A DNA stretch of 64,000 bases from an uncultured Gemmatimonadales bacterium (lineage in GTDB: Bacteria > Gemmatimonadota > Gemmatimonadetes > Longimicrobiales > RSA9): assembly GCA_963798845.1 (NCBI GenBank), contig CAWCUS010000006.1:32001-96000 (forward strand). Reading direction: 5' to 3'. Of the stretch, positions 17,510 through 26,263 are shown one piece after another. Position 1 is the stretch's first letter; the number at the start of each line of letters is the position of its first letter. The notes beneath the pieces are model-generated. The model saw only the letters and a program-made list of their open reading frames with translations. It searched no databases and was not told the origin of the DNA. The position numbers and the translations under genes were made by a program.

Positions 17510-19613
17510 TCAGCGCATGAGGGCGCGTCCCACCTCCACCGCCACGAAGACCGCGATCCCCGCGTACGCCGACCGCCTGGCCGCATCGCCGAATGAGCGC
17601 TGCTTCGGGTAGCCGCCCACGAGAGTCAGGAGGGCGAGCAGCGCCCACAGGACAGGGAGCACGATGAACGCCGCGGCGTTCAGGCCGAGGATCACCCATC
17701 TCCACCGGGGGCGTCGTGTCCAGGATCCCCGGCCTTCCCCGGGTGCTGAAGCAGTCGAGCTGCAGCTGGGAGATGGTGGTGCCGGCGCGCTCGGAGCTGC
17801 GGGCGCCGCAGTCCGGACAGCGGTGGGTGGCACGGTTGGCGTCGGCGTCGGCGTCGCCTGCGTCGTCGATGGGGTCGAGCCGGACGCTCCCGCACCGGGG
17901 GCACGCCTTGCGGAAGAACGCCTTCCTCAGCGCCCAGGCGCCGGCGAGAAAGGCGAGGATGAGGAAGATGAAGGTCGCGCGCTGGTCGCCGACGGGCAGG
18001 TGGAAGAACCCGGTCGGGCGCCAGATCCCCATCGTCATCAGGATCCCCGGATCCCCTCCTCGGACGGCCATGGCCAGGACCACGGCCAGGGGCAGCAGCG
18101 GGAAGAGGAGGGTGGGCGTGGTGTTCGAGGTGCTCGCCCCGACCTTGGAGCTGTGGCTCGTGTAAACGGCCGGATAGCTGGTGCGGAGCCAGTCGGCGTC
18201 CCCGAGCAGCGCCTCACCGCAGCGGCGGATGTGCTGCTTGTGGTCCGCCTCCATCCGGTCTCCCATGGTCGCCGCGAAGTACAGGCAGTCGACCACCTTG
18301 CGCCGGACCGACTCGTCGAACCGGTTGAGGAACTCGAGGGCGAGCGTCTTCCCCAGCTCGGGATGGAAGGAGGGGATGTCCTGGAACGCCTCATCATCCA
18401 GGAGCCGCTCGTGGATCTCCAGGCTGAAGAGCTCCCCCTCCAGCTCGTTCATCAGGTGATGGTAATGCTCCTGCGCCCGCTCCTTGTCGTCGTAGTCGCG
18501 CTTGTGCGCCAGGATCGGGTGCAGCAGCAGGATCACCGATGCCGTGTACTGCTCGTGAGGGGTGTAGCCCTCGAGGCGATCGATGATCGCGTCCCACTCC
18601 TCTTCCGGCACTTCCGGGAAATTCTCCCGGTCCACCGAGTACCGGTGGTTGACCGCGAACTGGAACCGCTCCTCCAGCCGGTCCGCATCCGTCAGCACGA
18701 GCGTCCGTCCGGCGACCTGGACGAACGGGATGGGGTTGAGGGAGAAGTAGCCGATTCCGAAGTCGTCGGGGATGGTGAAGCGGAAGTCGGTGTCGAGGGC
18801 CACCTGCGCGTGCGGGCCGATGTCCTCGTCCTCGTTGTCGTGGATGTCGCCCTCGAACGCCACCGCGTCGGGCTCCACCACCACCCCCGTGCGGAACGGT
18901 GCGGGGATCGGGATCCCGTACTCGTTGTCCATGAGCACGCTGGTTATGGTGAAGCAGCTGCCGGCGGTGAAGATCCCGTTCTTGCGGGTGCCGTCGTCCT
19001 CGATCGATACGGTGCTCGGGTTGAGGCCGCAGCCGCCGTCCAGGTACGGCATGCCGTCGATCTGCGCCACGTACTGCCGCTTTCCGGGCTGCCCTGACGG
19101 GCCGTTGATGCCGAAGGGATCACCCTTCCCGCCCAGTCCGCCGCTGCCCGCAGCCGCGGACAGGCGGACCGAAGGCAGGAGACGCGGATCCTCGGCCCTC
19201 ACCAGCACGGACCCGCCGTTGCCGCCCCGCCCCCCGTTGCCGCCCCGGCCGTCCTTCCCACGCCGCCCGGGCGGGTTGCCCGCGCCGCCCGCCCCACCCG
19301 AACCACCGTCCCCGCCGTGTCCGCCATTGCCGCCCGATACGTCGATGTAGACCGCGCCCGTCACCTCCTGCCGGTGCTCACCGCTGATGAGGAAGATGCC
19401 GCCATCCTCCACCACCAGATCGAAGCCCACGTCCTCCCCGTCGGTGGCGTGCGTGCCGTCCGTCGCGTCCGTGCCCGGCCGGCCGGGCTCCCCCTCCTTC
19501 TGCTCCTCCTGCCCCGTATGCGGGTTCAGGACCCTCCGCCCGGCCGCCCCAGCGTGCCCGCTCGTCCCGCTGAGGCCCCGTCGCCCGTCGTTCCCACGGA
19601 AATTGAGCTGCAT
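17510..19613 (-). CDS. Gly-rich repeat / TerB-like / Zn-ribbon membrane protein (apparent single-base frameshift near 17709)
   Basis: Good codon bias from ATG 19613 to ~17710, which then continues in the adjacent frame (…RWRWVILGLNAAAFIVLPVLWALL…ALMR*, stop 17510). Removing one base gives 700 aa. Confidence 0.7.
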
Positions 19614-19690
19614 TGCTCCCCCTGAACCACGTCAGGAGATCATGGACCCGGGACTGCGGCCCACACGGGAGGGGGCATCTGGACGGGCGC

Positions 19691-19720
19691 ATCATAGGCC
19701 ACCACCTACCGGGCTGGCAA
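19691..19720 (-). promoter_or_regulatory. sigma70-type promoter for the Gly-rich protein gene
   Basis: Minus strand TTGCCA-N18-TATGAT. Confidence 0.55.
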
Positions 19721-19795
19721 CCTGAGCGCGACGGAGGCCGCGCTCTCGGCGGGCGCCCCGGCGGCGCGGGTCCGATGGCGTGGTCGCGAGGCCGA

Positions 19796-19825
19796 CCGGC
19801 GGGGGCGCCCTGGCACCCCCGCCGG
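19796..19825 (-). terminator. hairpin downstream of the tricorn-like peptidase
   Basis: CCGGCGGGGG…CCCCCGCCGG 10-bp perfect stem, 25 nt after the stop. Confidence 0.55.
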
Positions 19826-19850
19826 CGTGGCCTCCGTCAACTCGCCGGGG

Positions 19851-22800
19851 TCAGGATCCCACCCGCTCCAGCAGCGTCTTCACGGCAGCCTCGAGCTGCT
19901 GGTCGCGGCCGCGGCTCACCACGTCGTAGTCGTTCCAGACGGGCACATCCACCTCGGTCTGCCAGTTCTCGAGGTAGCGGCCCGTGTCGGCGTCCTTGAC
20001 GCCCATCCCGGGCACACCCCACACCACCCCGTCCTGGAGCATCTCCCACCCCGCGAACGTGCACGTCCCGGGCACGGGCTGGCCGACCAGCGGTCCGATC
20101 CCGAGGTGGCGGTACGCCCACGCGTAGCAGTCGCCGTCGCTGTACGCCGCCTCGTTCACGATCGACACGCTCGGCTTCGTCCAGCGGAAGTTCGGCTCGA
20201 ACCCGGTGCTCCGGGTGTCGGTCGTGTAGTTGAAGAAGCGCTTGCCGCTGAGGAACATGGCGAGGTCCGCCACCAGGTCCCCGCCCCCGTTCCAGCGCTC
20301 GTCCACGATGAGCCCTTCACGGTTCGGATACTTCCCCATGACCTCCTCGAACGTGGAGCGGTACGCCCCGTCGTTCATCCCCGGCACGTGCACGTAGCCG
20401 AGGCGGCCATGGCTGAGGCTGTCCACCTCCGCTTCGTTCCGCTCCACCCAGCGCCGGTAGAGCAGCTGGCCCTCTTCCCGCGGCGTGATTGGCTTCACCA
20501 CGAGACCCCGGACGGCGCGCGCGCCCGGATCGCGTACGGACAGGAGCACGTTCTTCCCGGCCTTGCGGTTGAGCTGGGCGGCGAAATCCACGTCAGCGCC
20601 GATCTCCTCGCCGTCGATCGCCGTGACGACCGCACCCGGCCGCACGTCCATACCCGGCCGATCGAGCGGACCCCCCTTCATCACCTCCACCACTTCCACG
20701 CCGGGGTCCGTCCGGGCGTAGTCGTAGAAGATCCCCAGCGAGGCGGTCTCGTCACCGTCGTCGGCCTGGCTCCGGAACCGGGCACCGCTGTGGCTCACGT
20801 TCAGCTCGCCCAGCATCTCGCTGAGCAGGTCGGCGAAATCGTACTCGTCGCCCACGCCGGACAGGTACTTCTCGTACTGCGGCCCGAGCGCCAGCCAGTC
20901 CACGCCGTGGTAGCCGGCGGTGTAGAACGTGTCGCGCGTGCGACGCCACACCCTGTCGAACAGCGCGACGCGCTCGGCATCGCCGTCCACCACCATCTCT
21001 CCGCGCACCTTGATGCTCTCGCGCTTCGCGCTGGACGGATCCACGAGCGACATGCCGCCATCGGACACCAGGAAGATCTTCTTCTGGGCGCTGTCCCATG
21101 CCATGGTCGCCCCGTTGGCGTTCAGCGCCAGCACCATCTTCGTCTCCCTGGTGCGCAGGTTGGTGGACCACAGGTTCATTCCCTTCTCGAACCGCGCCAG
21201 GTAGTACAGCGTCTCCCCGTCCTCGCTCACGAGCGCCCCACCCATGCGCGAGGAGTGGATCGTCAGCCTCGCCTTCCGGTCCTGGACACCGGCCAGCTCC
21301 AGCGCCACCGGCGGCGGCGGCGCGGCCTTCTGCTCCGCGTCCTTCCCGCCATCCTTCCCCTTCCCCTTCTTCGCTGCCGCTTCCGAGTCCTTCAGCAGCG
21401 CGTAGTCCGCCTCGCTCAGGTTGTAGCGGTCCCAGCCGTCGCGCGTGAAGAACATGGCATAGGCATCCGTCTGATCCCCGCCGGACATCGCCATGGACCG
21501 GAGGCCGTCACGGTCGCTCTGCCACAGCATGGCCTTCCCGCCCAGGATCCACGTCGGCGCGAAGTCGTTGAACCCGCTCTCCGTCAGGTTGATGGCCGGC
21601 TCGCCGCCCGCAGCCTTCACCAGCCCCGCCTCCCCGGGCGCCAGCCCCGGCATGGCATAGTCGAACAGGATCCACTGGCCGTCCGGGCTCCACTCGAAGT
21701 GCTGCCGCGGCCCGGTTCCGAACAGCTCCTCCTCCGTCAGGAGCGTGCGCGTCCGCCCGTCGGCCACGTCCCGGACCCGAAGGCGGTCGTAATCCTCGAT
21801 GTACGCGATCGACCTGCCGTCCGGCGAGTACTGCGGCTGGAAGTTCTGGTGCTCGTTTACGATCACCGGCGCCTCCGCCAGCACCGTCGAAGCGAAGAAG
21901 TAGGGCTCCTCCTGGCGCGTCCGCGCGGCCTGGTAGATGCCCCATTTCCCGCCGCGCTCCGAGGCGTACAGCAGCGTCCGGCTGTCGGGAGAGAAGACGA
22001 CGCCGGTCTCCGCTTCCGGCGTTCGCGTCACCTGCTTCGTCGTGCCGCCTTCCACCGCCGCCACGAAGACGTCTCCGCGGTAGACGAACGCCACCTCCTT
22101 GCCGTTGGGTGCCAGCACCGCCTCCCGCGCGTCACTGCTGAACGACTCGACGCGTGTGGCGTTGGTGGTGGCGTCGCCGGCGATGGTCACGTGGACCTGC
22201 TTCGGCTCGCCACCGGGCGCCAGCGTGAAGAGGCGCCCCGCATGCGCGAACGCCAGAGTGCCCTGATCCGACCGGCTGAGGAACCGGACCGGCCCGCCCT
22301 CCGTGAAGTGCGTCACCTGCGTGGACGGACCGCCCGAAGCCGGCATCCGGTGCACGTTGAGCGTACCGCTCTGCTCGCTCAGGTAGTAGACCGCGTCGTC
22401 TGCGTCGGCGAAGACCGGGTCACGGTCCTCGCCCTCGAAACTGGTCAGCCTCCGGTGGGTACCCGAGGCCGCGTCGTAAGCCCAGATGTCGCGCGCCACC
22501 GAGGACGTGTGGTGCTTCCGCCAGGCGTTCTCCTGCCCCTTCCGGTCCTCGTACAGCATCACCCGGCCGTCCCCGCTGAACGCCACCTCCTCCGCCGGGG
22601 ACGTGAGCAGCTGACGCGGGCGACCGCCATTGACGGACACGCTGTACAGCTCCGGCTGCGCGCCGGTGGGAAAGAGCCGGCTGTTCCCCACGTCGAGACG
22701 GGCGGCGCCGTATACGACGCTCGCGCCGTCCGGCGCGAACGCGTACGGGTACTCGTCCGCGCTGTGCACCGTCAGCCGCCTCGGCTCCCCGCCCTGCGCC

Positions 22801-23081
22801 GGCATCACGTAGACATCGAAGTTCCCGAAGCGGTCGCTGGCGAACGCGATCTGGAGGCCGTCACGGCTCCACACGGGCATGAAGTCGTGCGCCGTGTGGG
22901 CCGTGAGCCGCGTGGCCGCCCCGCCCGCGCTCGGGACCCGGTACAGGTCCCCCCGGTAGGCGAACACGAGCGTGGCGCCGTCCGGCGAAAGGGCGGGGTA
23001 GCGCAGCCACAGGGGCTCCTGCTGCGCGGTGGCGGGAACGGCGCAGAACAGGGCTGCGGCGAGCAGACAGATCCGGACCAT
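19851..23081 (-). CDS. S41 family tricorn-like protease, secreted
   Basis: Start re-assigned to MVRICLLAAALFCAVPATA-Q; LRYPALSPDG propeller repeats; GELNVSH; PDZ; DERWNGGG; YSDGD catalytic Ser region. Confidence 0.92.
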   Translation of the reverse strand: MVRICLLAAALFCAVPATAQQEPLWLRYPALSPDGATLVFAYRGDLYRVPSAGGAATRLTAHTAHDFMPVWSRDGLQIAFASDRFGNFDVYVMPAQGGEPRRLTVHSADEYPYAFAPDGASVVYGAARLDVGNSRLFPTGAQPELYSVSVNGGRPRQLLTSPAEEVAFSGDGRVMLYEDRKGQENAWRKHHTSSVARDIWAYDAASGTHRRLTSFEGEDRDPVFADADDAVYYLSEQSGTLNVHRMPASGGPSTQVTHFTEGGPVRFLSRSDQGTLAFAHAGRLFTLAPGGEPKQVHVTIAGDATTNATRVESFSSDAREAVLAPNGKEVAFVYRGDVFVAAVEGGTTKQVTRTPEAETGVVFSPDSRTLLYASERGGKWGIYQAARTRQEEPYFFASTVLAEAPVIVNEHQNFQPQYSPDGRSIAYIEDYDRLRVRDVADGRTRTLLTEEELFGTGPRQHFEWSPDGQWILFDYAMPGLAPGEAGLVKAAGGEPAINLTESGFNDFAPTWILGGKAMLWQSDRDGLRSMAMSGGDQTDAYAMFFTRDGWDRYNLSEADYALLKDSEAAAKKGKGKDGGKDAEQKAAPPPPVALELAGVQDRKARLTIHSSRMGGALVSEDGETLYYLARFEKGMNLWSTNLRTRETKMVLALNANGATMAWDSAQKKIFLVSDGGMSLVDPSSAKRESIKVRGEMVVDGDAERVALFDRVWRRTRDTFYTAGYHGVDWLALGPQYEKYLSGVGDEYDFADLLSEMLGELNVSHSGARFRSQADDGDETASLGIFYDYARTDPGVEVVEVMKGGPLDRPGMDVRPGAVVTAIDGEEIGADVDFAAQLNRKAGKNVLLSVRDPGARAVRGLVVKPITPREEGQLLYRRWVERNEAEVDSLSHGRLGYVHVPGMNDGAYRSTFEEVMGKYPNREGLIVDERWNGGGDLVADLAMFLSGKRFFNYTTDTRSTGFEPNFRWTKPSVSIVNEAAYSDGDCYAWAYRHLGIGPLVGQPVPGTCTFAGWEMLQDGVVWGVPGMGVKDADTGRYLENWQTEVDVPVWNDYDVVSRGRDQQLEAAVKTLLERVGS

Positions 23082-23320
23082 GAATCGCTTCCGCGTTCGG
23101 GTGTCGAGGGAGGGGCCGAACGGAGAATATGAGGCACGCCGGAGCACCCGTCTACCGGCGCGCGGCGGCCTTGGGCGGGCAGTGGCCGGCCAGGCCAGCA
23201 GGGAGGTCACGCCCCGGCGCGACGTTCGCGGCTCGCCGTTCCGCTGACGGCCGCGACGTGCCACATTCCGGGGATCCGACGGGGCCGCGGCCCCTCTGCC
23301 ACTCCCGATCCCTACGAATC

Positions 23321-23884
23321 GTGAAGATCGCGTTCATCGGAAGTCACGGCGTGGGCAAGACCACGCTCTGCTTCGACGTGGCCGCGCGCCTGAAGCGGCT
23401 CGACCTCGCCGTCGAGCTGGTGAAGGAGGTGGCGCGCGCCTGTCCCCTGCCCATCAACCGCAACACCACGGTCGAGGCCCAGGCCTGGATCCTTCACTCG
23501 CAGATCGCCGAGGAGATCGTCGCGGCGGACCGCTACGACGTCGTCGTGAGCGACCGCTCCGTCCTCGACAACTACGCCTACCTGGTCCACCAGGCCGGGC
23601 GTCACCCCGCGTACGCCCCGCTCGTCCGCGAATGGATGGCCACCTACGACGCCGTGTTCAAGGTGCCGATCGTCGAGCCGCCGGCCTTCGACGGCACCCG
23701 CGACACCAGCGAGACCTTCCAGCTCGAGGTGGACGCTCTGATCGAGCGGCTGCTCGACGAGTTCGGGATCGCCTGCCACCGCCTCGACCCGTACGACCGG
23801 CCGTCATGGCCCGACACCGTCGTGCGCACCATGGGCCTGCCCACCACCCCTGCCCAGATGGACATCTTCACCGCGGCCGGGTGA
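23321..23884 (+). CDS. P-loop nucleotide-kinase-like protein (AAA_28/NadR-type)
   Basis: GTG start; KIAFIGSHGVGKTT Walker A; EVAR; SDRSVLDNYAY. Confidence 0.8.
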   Translation: MKIAFIGSHGVGKTTLCFDVAARLKRLDLAVELVKEVARACPLPINRNTTVEAQAWILHSQIAEEIVAADRYDVVVSDRSVLDNYAYLVHQAGRHPAYAPLVREWMATYDAVFKVPIVEPPAFDGTRDTSETFQLEVDALIERLLDEFGIACHRLDPYDRPSWPDTVVRTMGLPTTPAQMDIFTAAG

Positions 23885-23894
23885 GCGCGGTGCG

Positions 23895-24782
23895 CTACGC
23901 CACGGAAGCTTCGTAGATGCTCCGGATCGACGCATCCAGCGCCGCGTCGAACTCCTCGTCGCTCTGCTGGGCGGTGAGCCCTTCCGTGAGCGCACGGGAG
24001 AAGCTGGCGACCACGCCCGGGTTCCGGGCGAGACGGGCGTTCGCCTCGTCGCGGCTGTAGCCGCCCGAGAGCGCCACCACCTTGAGCACTTTCGGGTGCT
24101 CCACCAGGTCGCGGTAGAAGTCGTCCTCGTCCGGCAGCGTCAGCTTGAACATGAGCGGGAGGTCGGCGCCGACGCCTTCGAGCCCGCGCAGCAGCGCGTC
24201 CCGCAGCAGCGCCTCCGCCTCCGCCTTGTCGGGCGCGTGTATGTCGATCTCGGGCTCCAGGATCGGGACCAGACCGCGGTCCATGATCCGGCCACCCACT
24301 TCGAACTGCTGACGCGCGATGGCATCCACGCCCGCGTCGTTGGCGCGCTTGATCACCGACCGCATCTTCGTGCCGAACATCCCGTTGGAAAGCGCGCGCT
24401 CGAGCACGCCATCGAGCCCCGGCATCGGCTTCATGACCCGCACGCCATCCGACTCTGCTTCCAGCCCCTTGTCCACCTTCAGGAACGGCACCACCCGCTT
24501 CTCGGACCAGAGATACTCCGCGCTGCCCCGGCCTTCGATCTCGCGATCCATCGTGTTCTCGAACAGGATCGCGCCCATGATCCGGTCGCCGCTGAACGCG
24601 GGGCTGGTGATGATGCGCGTCCGCATCTCGTGGATGCGGTCGAACATTTCGGTGTCGTTCGAGTACTCGTCCTCGCCGACGCCGTACGTCAGGAGCGCCT
24701 TGGGTGTGCTCCCACCGCTCTGGTCGAGCGCGGCGATGAAGCCATCCCCTTCGCGCACCTTCTCGTATTGCTCTCGATTCAT
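23895..24782 (-). CDS. fda: fructose-bisphosphate aldolase class I
   Basis: GFIAALDQSGGSTPKAL, FGTKMRSVI, PILEPEI, ALSGGY, ASFSRAL. Confidence 0.93.
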   Translation of the reverse strand: MNREQYEKVREGDGFIAALDQSGGSTPKALLTYGVGEDEYSNDTEMFDRIHEMRTRIITSPAFSGDRIMGAILFENTMDREIEGRGSAEYLWSEKRVVPFLKVDKGLEAESDGVRVMKPMPGLDGVLERALSNGMFGTKMRSVIKRANDAGVDAIARQQFEVGGRIMDRGLVPILEPEIDIHAPDKAEAEALLRDALLRGLEGVGADLPLMFKLTLPDEDDFYRDLVEHPKVLKVVALSGGYSRDEANARLARNPGVVASFSRALTEGLTAQQSDEEFDAALDASIRSIYEASVA

Positions 24783-24896
24783 GGCCCGGCCTCCAGGTCG
24801 TTAAGGTCGTGAATGCGGACAAGATAGGCGCGCGAGCGCCCCGGCCCAAAATCCCCTCGCGCCGGGGCCGCCCGGCACGTTCCGCCGTCCTGCCCA

Positions 24897-25439
24897 TCAG
24901 TTCATGGAGGGGTCGTACGGCATGCGGGAAAGGGAGTGGTAGCGCGGGCCCTTCCGTTCCAGGACACGGCGCCACAGGGCGTCGGGCGCGGGCGTGAAGG
25001 CATCGTCCGCGCGCGCGGCCTCGACGATCCACGCACCGCTCTCCATCTCGGCGTCCAGCTGACCGGGTCCCCATCCCGCGTGGCCCGCGAAGACACGGGC
25101 GCGGCGGATCGCGCCCTCCGCGTGAGGGGGCACATCGCCCGTGAGGAAGCCGACTGACCCGAACACCACCAGGTTCAGCATCTCCGGGTCGGCCACCTCG
25201 GCCAGCAGGACTGGCTGGCGCGGCTCCACGGGCCCTCCCTCGAAGAGCGCCGCACCGGGCTCGACGAGCCCCGCCAGCGTCGGGACCGCTGCCTCGACGG
25301 TCACGTCCATTGGGCGATTCAGCACGATGCCTACTGCGCCGTCCACATCATGACCGCCGATCAGCACGACGGTGTGCCTGAAGTTCGGGTCGAACAGCCC
25401 GCCGCTCGAAATGAGCAGCTGCCCCTGCAGGCTCTCCAC
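24897..25439 (-). CDS. yqgE: YqgE/AlgH family protein
   Basis: DPNFRHTVV, GIVLNRP, EGGPV, GHAGWGPGQL; strong RBS. Confidence 0.9.
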   Translation of the reverse strand: MESLQGQLLISSGGLFDPNFRHTVVLIGGHDVDGAVGIVLNRPMDVTVEAAVPTLAGLVEPGAALFEGGPVEPRQPVLLAEVADPEMLNLVVFGSVGFLTGDVPPHAEGAIRRARVFAGHAGWGPGQLDAEMESGAWIVEAARADDAFTPAPDALWRRVLERKGPRYHSLSRMPYDPSMN

Positions 25440-25480
25440 GCGCTCCTCCCCTCCGCGTCAGGACGACGGCGCCCCGCTGC

Positions 25481-25711
25481 TCACTCGCTCTTCCCTTCGG
25501 CTTCCGACACCTGAACCCGCATCTGCTCCGCCACCCGCACCGCCTCCGCCACGGCCAGCTTCGCCCTGCCGATAATCGCCAGGCGCCGCCCCGACGTCGA
25601 TTCCTGCCCCGCGCCCTCCAGCGCCTCCAGTGTCTGCAGGTTCATCTGCACGGCCGACAGGGCGTCACGGAGGTCGTGCTGGAGCGGGCGGGGATCGGGG
25701 TCGGATGTCAT
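25481..25711 (-). CDS. small protein resembling an isolated HisKA (DHp) helical hairpin
   Basis: 76 aa; QHDLRDALSAVQMNLQTL resembles an H-box; two amphipathic helices; plausible codon bias. Confidence 0.5.
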   Translation of the reverse strand: MTSDPDPRPLQHDLRDALSAVQMNLQTLEALEGAGQESTSGRRLAIIGRAKLAVAEAVRVAEQMRVQVSEAEGKSE

Positions 25712-25837
25712 CGCGGATCACGGTATGGTTGTCGAGCGGCTCCCCTCAACAGACTGGCGGATCGGCCGCAGGGACGCATTTTGCATCATCCTGTCGCGGC
25801 CCGCCAGTTTCGTCTTGTTGCGAACGTCGAGGTGTTG

Positions 25838-26263
25838 TTGTCCATCCGCGTCTACATTGTCGAGGATCACCCGGTGATGCGGGAGACGCTCCGGGATTAC
25901 CTGGCGCTGACCGAGGACCTCGAGCTGTGCGGGATGGCGGACGACGCTGAGAAGGCCTCGATCGCGCTGGAGACGGCTGAGCCGGACGTGGTGGTCGTGG
26001 ACGTCGCGCTGCCGGGCCGCAGCGGTCTGGACCTGCTTGTGGAGATCCAGGCGCGGTGGGGCACGCCGTGCGTGATCCTGTCCGGCCACGGCGAACGGAG
26101 CTACGTGGGGCGTGCATTCGCGGCCGGCGCCCGGGGCTATGTCCTGAAGGGCAACCCTCTGGACCTGCCCCTGGCCATCCGTCGCGTGATGGAGGGCGAG
26201 GTGCACCTCTCGGAATCGCTGCGCGACAGGCTGGACTACGGAACGGAAGAAACTGGCGCATAG
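25838..26263 (+). CDS. single-domain NarL-type response regulator receiver
   Basis: TTG start after GAGGTG; IVEDHPVMR, VVDVALPGRSG, GARGYVLK; ends without a LuxR HTH. Confidence 0.85.
   Translation: MSIRVYIVEDHPVMRETLRDYLALTEDLELCGMADDAEKASIALETAEPDVVVVDVALPGRSGLDLLVEIQARWGTPCVILSGHGERSYVGRAFAAGARGYVLKGNPLDLPLAIRRVMEGEVHLSESLRDRLDYGTEETGA

Noticed and set aside
19827..23132. Very long antisense ORFs (1101 aa here; also 26056..28650, 10662..12764, 59326..62043, 48199..51024)
   Set aside because: Shadow ORFs opposite well-supported genes, expected at ~70% GC; no motifs.
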